Source of the DNA: Geosiphon pyriformis uo1
Taxonomy: Eukaryota > Fungi > Glomeromycota
Direction: 5' to 3'
Length of the DNA: 64,000 nt
NCBI GenBank assembly: GCA_016748015.1
Contig: JAAOMT010000703.1
Location: forward strand, 124,001-188,000
Under the pieces are notes generated by a model, which was not told where the DNA came from, ran no database searches, and saw only the letters and a program-made list of their open reading frames with translations. This document shows, piece after piece, positions 53,838 through 64,000 of the stretch (position 1 is its first letter; every line of letters starts with the position of its first letter). A program made the position numbers and the translations under genes.

Positions 53838-56800
53838 TTATGTGTGTCTCATTCTTGACAAACAGTCGGCATTAGCATTTTTGGTACCTTCTTTGTATTT
53901 GATAATATAATCGTATGGTGCTAACGTTTGTGACTATCTGGCGTATTTTCCTTTTAGCACTTTCTTGTTATTTAACCAGACCAGACCTCTATGATCTGTC
54001 GTAATCTCAAAGGGTTGGTACCGTAAATATGTGTCAAAGTGAACACAACTCCAGACTACTGCTAAGCATTTAAGTTCATGTGCTGCGTAGTTTTGTTCTG
54101 CCGTACTGAGACTTTTGCTGGCATAAGCGATTACATGTTCTCTTCCATTATCATCTTTTTGTGACAGAATGGCTCCAAGTCCAGTTCCAGAGGCATCTGT
54201 GGCCAAAATGAATTTCTTGTTGAAATTCGGATAGATCATTATTGGTGATTCAATGAGCTTTTGTCTAAGGTACTCAAAAGCTTTTTGTTGTGCTTCAGTC
54301 CATTCAAACTTCACATTTTTAGATAGTAGGTAATTAAGGGGTTTGGCGATGTTTGAAAAGTTTTCTACAAAGCGGCGGTAATAAGATGCGAGTCCTAAAA
54401 AGCTTCTAACTTCTGAAATGTTTCGAGATACTGGAAAATTTTTTACTTTGTCTATTTTTGATGGATCTGGTTTTATTCTATCTTTTCCAACTACATGTCC
54501 TAAAAATGCTAGCTCATTTTTCTCAAAGAAACATTTTTCTAGATTTAGTTTAAATTCAGTGTGTCTCAATCTCTCAAAAACTTGTTGTAAATGTTGGAGA
54601 TGATCCGTGAATTTTGACAAGAAAACATTTGTATCATCCAAGTAAACAACAACGGATTGCCACAGGATTCCAGAGTAAATTACGTCCATTAGTCTTTGGA
54701 ATGTCGCGGGAGCGTTTGTTAATCCAAATGGCATTACATTGAACTCATAATTGCCATTTTGTGTTGTGAATGCTGTTTTATGCCTGTCCTTTGGGTCCAT
54801 TTCCACTTGCCAGTACCTACTGGTCAAGTCCAGTGTAGAAAACTATTTTGCTCCTCCAAAAACATCGAAGATTTTATCAATTAATGGTATTGGGTATGAG
54901 TCTTTGGTTGTTTTGCTGTTTAGTTTGCGATAGTTGATGCAAAATCTAATTTTTCCATTCTTTTTTCTTACTAAAACAACTGGTGAGGACCATGGGCTTA
55001 TTGATAGTTGTATTATTTCTTTTTCCAACATGCTTTGGACTTTTTCTCTGATAAAATTATGCTCCATTGGTGGAACACGATAAGTGCGTTGTTTTTTAGG
55101 TCTGGCGTCTCCAGTGGGGATTTGGTATTGAACCAAGTTGGTTCTTCCAAATTTGCCATTTCTTGAAAATATATCAGAATATTTTAAAATTAATGCTTTT
55201 AATTGTCGCTGTTGGTCAGGGATCCATTGTTCCAATGTTTAATTTGGCCAATTCTTCTGGCGTAAATTGATAGCATTCTATTGGTTGTTGCCAATTTATT
55301 GAAGTGAGTTCACAGTAGAGGGAGATTTCTGGAAAATTTAGAATTCCTTGTGGTGTTGACGCGTTTTCTAGCTCCGTTCCGAGGTATCCAATGATGGTAT
55401 CTTCTGGAATGTAGACAGGTTCTTCTGTGGTGTTTGTGATAAGAATTTTTATCCATTGAGCTTTATCAGCTGGAATAAAAAGGTTAGTAAGTCCTATGAG
55501 AAACTGTTGGCAAGTTTCTGGGTAGGGCTCAAATATTAGGTCTTTTTCTTTAATTGTTTTTTTTATTCTTATTTCTGATTTTCCATATGGTAGGAGCATG
55601 ATGGACCGCTCATTTTTAATTACTTCGCCTTTTTTCTCTATTGTTTCAGCGAAATTCGCTTCAATTCCTTTTTCTGTCGATCCGAAACCAAAAGTTCTTC
55701 TTGTTGTTTGTGACAATTCCTTATGATTTTCCACTGGCACAAATTTCCCAATTTTTACCAATGGTAGGAAAATTGCTTGTACAATCTTTTCCTTAGATTC
55801 AATAGTATAAGGCTTTTCTGAATTGTTCTGTAGCAAAACCATCAAATTTCCAGTGTATCCAGAGTCAATTACTCCTCCTTGAACGCTTATTCCTTTTTTC
55901 ACGAGGCTTGATCGCGATGCCATTTGAACCATTATTCCTGGTGGAATTTCAACCGCTATTTTTAGGTCAATTTTGGTAATGCTTCTGGGTGGTAACGTTG
56001 TGGATTGGTCTTCCGGATAACGTAGATCGAATTCGGCGTTGGTTGGATGGGCTCTTTCAGGTATTATTCCTAAGTGTCCATTGTCAAAGTATCGGATGTC
56101 GGTTACCTGTTCTAGGTCGGTATAGGCTACAAATTTTTCTGACTTGGGACTGTCAGGTGAGTCTTGTTGATTTGATTGATTTTAAGACTGCTGATTCTCA
56201 ATTTCCATTTTTTTTTCTAAGTCCCTTTCATCTTGACACTCTTCACAGCACTGATTTTGGCATGGGATGAGACAGTTTTCGCAGAGGTAAGTGTTGATTT
56301 GGGCGAGATATTGTTTTTGCTCTTGTCGAGTGGGGCATAGTTGTTGGTAGTAGTCCTGGAATTCATCCACTGGGTCGAACATGTTGTAGCTGGCGACTTT
56401 GTTAGCTACTTTGGCTGACTCTTTCCAACGTCATATTTCTTCGGTGGTTCCTCCTCTTACTTTGGCTTGTGCGGTGTTGTACAACTCGTCCTCGTCGTGT
56501 GGGTAGTGCTGTAGTCTTTTTAACGCTCTGTTGAATGCTGCTTTGAACGGCGTTCCTCCTCTTACCCAGTTACAGATGAAGATCGTGTATTGGCAAGTTG
56601 CATCACACGTTCTTCCTCTGCCTGGTAAGTTGTTCCAATTGCACCCTCTTGGTAACGGTTCTCCACAAGCGAGACACAGTTCCTCGTCCCAATTTCCGTG
56701 TCTTTCTGGGTAACCATATTTTTCTTTATTACAACGGTTACAATAGTAGTGGGTGGAGTTTCTTGGGTCTTCGTCTGGTGTGCTGCACGCAGTCATAGAC

Positions 56801-59544
56801 AAGAGTTTCTTCTTGCAAACTGAGCATTCTAGCTTTGGTCTGCATCGCTGGTGGTTTCTTTGTGAACTTACCTGGTTCCATTCGGATCTTTCTTCGCTGG
56901 TCCACGTTGGTACGGCTGGTAGTCCTGTTTTTTGGTCATCAGCCCAAGAGAGCTGATAGGTTTCGATGGCTGGTAGTGCTGGATTTTCCTCAAATTCGAA
57001 GGTAGGTCTTTGGTTGGCGCTGGGTTTTTGGAAGTGGCCACAGGTGGCTGGAATTTTGGTCTGGTGGCCATTATAATTGATCAGAAGCTCTTGGGTGGTC
57101 CAGTCTAGGGTGGCGTTGGCTTTTGTTAGCCAGTCATTCCCTACTAACGCTTGATATTGTGTAGTGTCCATTACTAATACTTTTGTAGATATTACTATGC
57201 TGTTAATTTCGAAAGGGAATGAGTCGATTTCGCCATGAGGCAGCTTTGTACTTCCATCGGCTGTTATAATTTGGGACGTTGCGGCATGATCAACTTTGAA
57301 ACCCAGTTGGTTTACTAGTTGAAGCGTTATGATGCTTCCAGCGGATCCGCTGTCTAAGATAAGTTTGATTGGGGTATTGTTTACAGTGGCTTCCGTATAC
57401 ATAGCAGTGATTGGGCATTTTTCGTCTAATGCTGCTCCATTGAACATAGCCTCATTTTCCTCTAATTCAAAAGGAAAAATAGCTGCGAGGCTGCTATCTT
57501 CGGTGGCAACTGCTGGTGGTATTGTCTGGCTTAATTTGGAGGAATTCTTGGTTCTGTTTATGTTTCTACCATCATTGTTTCTGATGATCAGGTTTTCCGG
57601 TATATTAAGATAAGTTTGTTGATAATTTTGGTAGTTTAGATTGGTTTGCTGATTGGTTCCGGCGCGGTTTAGATTTCTCTGGACCAACGCATTCTGGTTC
57701 CACATGGGCTGATTTCGGGTCTCAGGACGCCAATTCGGGTTGGCTATCATGGGCTGTTGCTGGTAAGCTCCTTGATTTTGATACGTGGTGAGATATTGGC
57801 ATGGTATTGGCGTGTACTGGCTTCTGGGCATTTGGGGTGGCACATAGTAATTATTTTCACGTGCTTCCTGCATCATTCGCGTTCGACATTGACTAATCAA
57901 ATGTCCTATGCGTTTGTAAAAATGGCAGGCACGTGTTTCTGTTCTGAATTTTTGGCGTGACAAGCGATTATTTTGACTATTGCTGACTTCCTGGCTGCAT
58001 TTTTGGGGTGGTTGGTATGTATTTTTTCTTGGATCCAGGATGAGGTAACTTTTTATTTTCTTAGAAAGTTCCTCCTCTAATCGCGTTACTCTTTTTTCTA
58101 ATGTTTCTGTCTTATTTTCCTCTATTACCATGTTAACCATTTGACTATGATTAGCTTCTTTCTCAGCCAATTCAAAGGCTCTGGCGAGCATAACAGCTTC
58201 TGGTAAGGAATTAGGGTGGGCAGGGCATACTCTTTCTAAAATGCTGCTTTTTAATCCTCTAATAAACTAATTTAAAACCTGAGGATCAGTGTAGTATCCT
58301 TGTTCAATCGCTTCAATCTGATGGCAAATTTGATTGAATCGAGCAAGGTATTGGGTGACAGTTTCACTGGTATTTTGCTTGATAGTATTGAATTCGTTCT
58401 GTAGTTGGATTACGGCATTTGGGTCGCTAAAATACTCCAGAAGTGCATTTTTAAATTCGGCAAAGCTCATGGGTTTTGTTTCCAGGCTTTGATACCACGA
58501 GTCAGCTGTGTCTTTCAGGAAGAAAGGTAATGTTTGAATTGCTCTTTGGTCATTCCAGTTATTTGCCTGGATGGCTTTTTGTGCTTCTCTGAGCCATGTG
58601 TGCACGTCCGTTTCTTCTTCCTCTCCTGAGAAATCTGTTAGTCTTATAATGTATCATGTGGTCATTTCATTGCCGTTTTCTGCTAGTAGGTTTATTGGTC
58701 TAAGAGGAGATGGGATGATATTTTCTTGAGCATTCCTAAAGGTGGCTTCCCTTATATCCGGTTCTTCCTCTTGATCACAAGTTTCTTGGTTTTTGGATTG
58801 GCTGCTTGTTCTAGTGACTGGTCTTGTGATTGTTTTTTTGCTGGTCTCTTTTTCGAATTCCGATTCAGACTCCTCTTCACGGTTTTCAAACCCCGTTCTA
58901 AATTTTGGCTGAAAAAGAGGGTTTTGGAATAGTGATGAATATTCTCCTGTAATTGGTATGTCTCCCCAGTTATGTTGTTTAATTTTATCAATATAACTAG
59001 GAGTTCTTGGCATTTGTGGAGTTGATGTTGATGATGATGCAGCTCCTAATGGAATTTGTATCTTATTTTCTGGTGAAAAATGATATGATTTATCTTCTGG
59101 TGAATAAATACGTTGTTTCTTTATTGATTGAGTGACAGTTTTCTTTGGTGTTTGAGCTGGTGTTCTTAGTTTTTGCTGGTTACTTTCCTGATTAGTTTCT
59201 AAATTTTCTTTGGTTTTGTTGGTGCGTTCCCTAGTGTTTCCTGTAGATATTGGAAAATTTTCGTTGGCGTATTGCTCAATTTCTCGATGGATTTTGACAA
59301 TAGTTGCGGCTATTACTGCTACTTCTTTTATAGTGTATTATGATAATTCTCTATACAATCCAAGTTTTGTGTTGTGTGGTTCTTCTTCCTTTCCTATATG
59401 ATAATTTATTCTGGCGTTAATATAATAAGTGAGGGCAGATTCTGCTGGACAACACCCTTCTGGTAATTCAAGATCACTTTGATTTTGTGTGTAAATAGCA
59501 CGGCAAAATTCAAGAACAGTAAGATTAGGGGTTTTTGTCGCCAC
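53838..59544 (-). pseudogene. Single-frame gag-PR-Cys-rich-dUTPase-RT-RNase H polyprotein of B (a few nonsense mutations, one 1-bp frameshift near 55220)
   Basis: ORF pieces 59544, 59013, 58605, 58191, 56382 and 55932 share one frame. Capsid WLREAQKAIQANNWND; knuckle CHFYKRIGHLISQC; protease LILDSGSAGS; RT SPWSSPVVLV, MPFGLTNAPATFQ and VVYLDD; RNase H LATDASGTGLGAILSQ, TDHRGL and NADCLSR. Confidence 0.94.
55675..56097 (-). other. dut: Trimeric-type dUTPase domain within the pol of element B
   Basis: All five motifs in order: AEFDL, MASRSS, GGVIDSGYTG, EKIVQ, TRRTFGFGST. Confidence 0.9.
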
Positions 59545-59607
59545 TTTTGTCTTTTCCTTTTTAGCAATGAATTATTGCTAATTATTATTTTCTTTTTGAT
59601 TTTCTTT

Positions 59608-59624
59608 CCTCGTAGAGTTCACCA
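59608..59624 (-). promoter_or_regulatory. Primer-binding site of B (possibly tRNA-Trp)
   Basis: TGGTGAACTCTACGAGG, 2 nt after the 5' LTR. The tRNA identity is inferred from resemblance only. Confidence 0.8.
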
Positions 59625-59626
59625 AA

Positions 59627-60211
59627 TGTTATGGGATGGTTTTCTTGTTATATTTAATTGCTGATATCCCACTTTAATTGCAATCAGTCTTTCGTGAGTT
59701 CTTTAATTCTATTTGTGTGATAATGTCACTATTACACTGAAGGCTTTCTTTTTACTGTTGCAATGTAAGTTATTCTTTAATTCTTGATTGTTGTGTGTGT
59801 TTATGTACTCCTTCTCAGAGGCTGAACTGAAATCTATCCACTGTCTGGGGTCTTCTCTGAGGCTATCCTTGCAATTGCCTGATGTGTTTCTCTAATCTAG
59901 AAACACAGAATGTTAATGGTCTTTAGTGCTTTTCTAATTCTCACAATAAAGTTTTTATCAATTAGTAACAATGTGAATAATCTTAATCAAAGATTATTCT
60001 TCCAAGGGATTCAGTTGATGAATGATAGTTTCATTCAATAAATAATACAAGTAAGTTTCTTAATACCTGTCTCTTATACACATCTTATCGCGAGATGGTG
60101 TTTGCTACTATGTTAATCATTACCTTTCTAAGATTATTACTGTGCTATATTATGATTGAATAGTTTGTATTATTTTTATGATTCTTTTTGCTAAATTCTT
60201 AAACCGTAACA
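59627..60211 (-). repeat. 5' LTR of B (585 bp as assembled; 303 bp replaced by adapter)
   Basis: Aligns to 51105-51544 and 51848-51973. Confidence 0.95.
60067..60085 (+). other. Nextera/Tn5 mosaic-end adapter contamination
   Basis: Exact CTGTCTCTTATACACATCT, located at the breakpoint of the LTR discrepancy. Confidence 0.97.
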
Positions 60212-60370
60212 CTGCCAAGAATTATAAACATATTAAAATTCTCATCTACAATATAACTGAAAACACTATCAAAATACCAAACAAAACCACCATTGAATAC
60301 TTGAGCATTGAAGTTGAAAACCAATTACCAAATACCATACCAGATTTTCTACAATTGTGCAGATATTTGG

Positions 60371-62620
60371 TGTTACCAGTAATTATTTGGGATCTCAAAA
60401 CAAATAGCAAATCCATAACTTGATGCTCAATTAATGTAATAATATTGGTAACTGTATCTGAAAATTTTTGTAATCTGAAGGTATTGTTTGTCTGAAGGTT
60501 TTGGTGGAGTTCTTTGTATAATAAACAGAGATTCTAATATGATTTTCTTTTAATAGTGTTTCTAATGTTAATCTGCAAATTAAGTAGTTGTTATCCATTA
60601 CTTCCTAGAATTACAATTCTGTTAATTCTTTTTTCTGGTAAGCTATCCTTAAATCTAAGTGTCTATCTTTATTCCTGAGTCTTTTACCAGTACTATATCC
60701 TGATATCAGTACCTCTACATATAAATCTTTTTAATCAAGTTAATAAACCAAAGAAAATAAAACAAGAGAAAAAAATAACAAAATAAGAAACTATGCCAAG
60801 GCAATTTGCACGTTAGTATCCCATCAATAGCTGTGATCAAGAGCTATTATTTCAGTGTGATTAAGTATCAATTACAATTAACATAAAGTGTTAATAGTGA
60901 AAAGTGGATTTAAGATAGTGAATAATTATTTATTAATATTTGTAATATGGAAGACTGCTTAGATCAAATCTAAACTAAGAGGTCTGTCTTTTCTACTTCT
61001 AATATATCACTATATATATAATTGAGATTTTTCAATTCTTTAATTTTTTACACCAGAAATCCTGGAATTCTTAGAATCCTGCAATTTTTTTGAAAAGAAT
61101 CCTGGAATTTTGGAATCCTGCAATTCCTCTTGAAAGGAATTCTGGAATTTTACATCTACTACAGCTATCTCTGATTGGCTAATTTATATACTAATATACT
61201 TCCTATATTTCATGAGTAACATTATTTCCTCTTTTTTAATATTAAGCTCTGTCGAAATCTTCTAATTCTAATTCTCTGTCTTTGAGTATTTTTTGAACTT
61301 TTTTTTCAAGAATTACTTGTGTTATCTGGTTTTGTAATTTTTCAAATTGGGCATTAGTTATTCTTCCCATTTGGTTAATGGTAATAGTGTCCATTGCTGA
61401 ATTAAGTAAGATTTTTGGTCAGTCTTGAAATCTAGTATATAATCAATAGATGGCTCTTGTTTGTGTTATTATTTTTTTCTACAAATTTCTCAAGTTGTTG
61501 TAGTATTGTTGTATTAAATAATCATTTTTTTTATCTATATATAAGTTCTGGATATTCAGATGTTGTCCTAAGTGGAAATAACAAAAGTTTTTTGGAAATT
61601 GTTGTATTTACTACTTCCAAGTTTTTTTAGTCACTTCTTAATATGAAGTGACACTTGTTGGTTCTTCTATTGTCAATTTCACTTTTAGAATTATTTTGTC
61701 AATAATGTTTTCTGGTTTTTTCTGTACTTTGTATTAGTGTATTTTTCTGGTATCTTGATATTGAATGGTTTGTTGGTTGATAATAATTTCCATATTCTGT
61801 TGTTGAATCAGTTAAAAGAGTTGTTGTGTTAGTGTATATATGTTGTCGGTAATTTCCATTTTCTTTTTGTTGCCTTTGTTGCATATATCATGTCTTTTTA
61901 TACTCTTTTAGTTGTTTATCTTGATGTGTTTGGTTCAATAATTATGATTGGTTCTAGATCTTATGGAATCTTATCTGGTTGGACTAGTATTTTCTGTACT
62001 TCTAATTATGGAATATTATTGGTGGATGGTGATACTATATAGTAATATGGTTTCAGTCAATTATTATGTACTGCTTTGGCTAAAATTTTGTTGTTTTATC
62101 TTAATTTATAAGCTCTATTTCCTAGAATTTTTTCTATGTAAAATGATCTATCCTATTTAGGGTCAAATTTTTCACTCCATTGTTTTTCCGCTTTGGTATG
62201 ATATAAAAATACTTTGTCTCCAATCTTGAATTCAACTGGTTTATCTGATAGTTGGTTATTATGTCTTTTTTTTTGTTTTTTTATGACTTTTGGATGTTAT
62301 CAGCTGCTTTTTGCCATTTGTTTTCTAGTGTCTTTATTAAGTTATATGTTCTTTTTAATAATGTTTTTTGAAAATTTTTTTTTGTTATTGGTTCTGTTGG
62401 ATATGTTTTAACTTCTATCTTAACTGGTAATATTGCTGTTCTATTGTATACTAACTCAAATAGTGTTGCTTGTGTAGTATTTTGCTTTATTGTCCAATAA
62501 GCAAATAATACTGATAGTATAATCAAATTTTATTCATTCTAGTTTTCTTGGCTAATCTTGGCAATTGCTTCATACAATGTTCTGTTAAACTTTTTAACTA
62601 ACCCATTTGTTTGTGGATGG
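60371..62620 (-). mobile_element. Ty3/Gypsy element A3, 3' part (3' LTR 60371-61221, PPT, ORF3, integrase C-terminus); interrupted by A4
   Basis: LTR TGTTACCAG...GAGTAACA is homologous to the A1 LTRs; PPT 61222-61237; integrase motifs HPQTNGLVKKFN and LFELVYNRTAILP. Confidence 0.9.
61236..61859 (-). pseudogene. ORF3 of A3
   Basis: MEITDNIYTLTQQLF...IDKIILKVKL...QQFPKNFCYFHL...AQFEKLQNQITQVIL...EDFDRA*Y*. Confidence 0.7.
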
Positions 62621-64000
62621 TATTACTCATAGAAATATAGGGAATATATATTAGCATAGTTATTAACCAATTAGAAGTAGACATAGTAAAATGTGGAATT
62701 CCAGAATTTCAGAAATTACAGGATTCCAAAATTCCAGGATTCCTCTCAAAGAAATTGCAGGATTCAAGGAATCCCAGGATTCCTGTTGTGAAGAATTGAG
62801 GAATTAAGAAATCTCAATTATGTATATATAGCAGTAGGATTAGAAGTTAAAAAAGACAGACTTCTCAGTTTAGATTTTATCTAGACAACTTTTCAAACCA
62901 CAAATAAATAACTGTTTGTTATCTTAAATCTGCTGCCACTATTAACACTTTATGTTAATAGTAATTGATACTTAACCACACTAGAACAATAGCTCTTGAT
63001 CACAGCTATTGATGGAATACTAACTTGTAAATCGCCTTGGCTTATTTTTTTTCTTTCTTTATTTTTTTTTTCTTTATTTTTTGCTTTGATTTTATTGTTG
63101 TTTACTAACTCTATTGAGAATTAACGCGCAGAGTACTGACGTCAGGATAAACGTGACTGGTAAAAAACCCAGAAATAAGGGTAGAACACTCGATTGAGGA
63201 TAGCTTACTAGGAGGAATACTGGCCATTAAGCTGAAAAAGAAATTGACAAAACTGCAGTTTTGGAAAGCTACAGATAAAACTATTATTATTGAATCTCTG
63301 TCTATTATACAAAGAACTCAACCAAACCCTTTGGATACAAACCCTTTAGACACAAACCTTCAGATCACTATCAACTATAACTAGATTTGAGCACCAAGTT
63401 ACAGGTTTGTTATTTAATCTAACACCAAAAATAGTCATCTGTAACATTTGGTGCTCTCTGTAAGGTATAATCCTACAGAAAACCAGCACCAACAATTAAT
63501 CAACAGTCGCAGAATCAGAAAGTATAGGAGCAAACTATTTAGGATTTGCGAAATCCTTATTTCAATACTACTGTCAACATTTGGGATTAAATCACAAGCA
63601 CATATCAGTGGAATCAGCTTTCAATTTCTATGTTAACAAAAGAATTGCCCATCTGTTAGGAACACTAGTAAATATTGAATCGGCAAGAGAAGCCTTTTAC
63701 TGTGAATTAATTCAAAATACCAACCTGCCAACAAATCACAATTTTGCCTCCATCATCATGGAAATCAACAAAAAAATTGAACACCACATACAGCAAAAAT
63801 ACTCCATTACTTATGCAAGCAAAGGCAAAGAAAAACTGCAAACACCAGCAGTAATACCCAAAAGAATACAACCACCTACTTGGAAGAAAACAAAAGTTGA
63901 GTCCCCAACTAATCCATCATACCACTATACACCCAGAAGTGCCATTAATATTACATCTACTGGTGCGGCCACATCAAACACGATATCAGCATTTGGACAA
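62621..64000 (+). mobile_element. Ty3/Gypsy element A4, 5' end (LTR 62621-63446, PBS, gag N-terminus running off the window)
   Basis: TATTACTCATAG...CTGTAACA; open frame AESESIGANYLGFAKSLFQYYCQHLGLNHKHISVESAFNFYVN... homologous to A1 gag. Confidence 0.92.
63449..63465 (+). promoter_or_regulatory. Primer-binding site of A4 (possibly elongator tRNA-Met)
   Basis: TGGTGCTCTCTGTAAGG, 2 nt after the LTR. Family consensus TGGTGCTCTCTGTGAGG from three copies. Confidence 0.8.

Larger units (their letters stand above)
51105..60211 (-). mobile_element. Ty3/Gypsy element B, full length, best preserved element in the window
   Basis: Perfect CTGC TSD (51101-51104 / 60212-60215); 8-bp terminal inverted repeat TGTTACGG/CCGTAACA; LTRs ~97% identical; PBS and PPT present. 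Confidence 0.96.
33329..60370 (+). mobile_element. Ty3/Gypsy element A2: old, highly decayed host carrying nested insertions; its 3' part is not seen in the window
   Basis: 5' LTR is split into 33329-34100 and 45049-45250. PBS TGGTGTTCTCTGTGAG at 45253. Gag MAYTPIAKLKKF ~46239; knuckle CYYCGKQEHLQINC ~48376-48417; protease remnant ~49020-49320; Cys-rich region ~49620-50250; dUTPase remnant ~50480-50895. The frame FYIPA|KNYKHIKILIYN is continuous across 51104/60216. Confidence 0.8.

Noticed and set aside
55210-55240. Programmed frameshift between dUTPase region and RT in element B
   Set aside because: The homologous region of A1 is in frame and there is no slippery heptamer; best explained as a 1-bp insertion or sequencing error
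60067-60085. Tn5/IS50 end as evidence of bacterial horizontal transfer
   Set aside because: It is the engineered mosaic end used in library preparation. It is single, has no transposase nearby, and sits at a chimeric junction.

Overview
This AT-rich eukaryotic (probably fungal) window is made almost entirely of decayed retrotransposons; I recognise no intact host gene, RNA gene or CRISPR array. The element proteins remind me of Glomeromycotina/Mucoromycota repeats, but that is unverified. Bases 1-33,330 hold an array of seven non-LTR (LINE) copies or fragments. ORF1 has RRM-like repeats and a CCHC knuckle; ORF2 reads APE endonuclease-RT-RNase H-Zn finger. They are separated by ~90% AT spacers and interrupted by two LTRs. 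Bases 33,330-64,000 are a deeply nested Ty3/Gypsy cluster: one + strand host carries four insertions, two of which carry further insertions. Where both junctions are visible, the ends are TGTTA...TAACA-type and the TSDs are 4 bp. The best-preserved element (51105-60211, minus) shows an unusual organisation shared with a second family. The long ORF reads gag-protease-[Cys-rich unknown domain]-dUTPase-RT-RNase H. It is followed by an apparently separately initiated integrase ORF, then a conserved ~210-aa extra ORF that ends on the polypurine tract. All copies show strong C>T/G>A decay. A Nextera/Tn5 adapter at 60067-60085 marks an assembly artefact. All alignments and counts were done by eye, and LINE ends are approximate.
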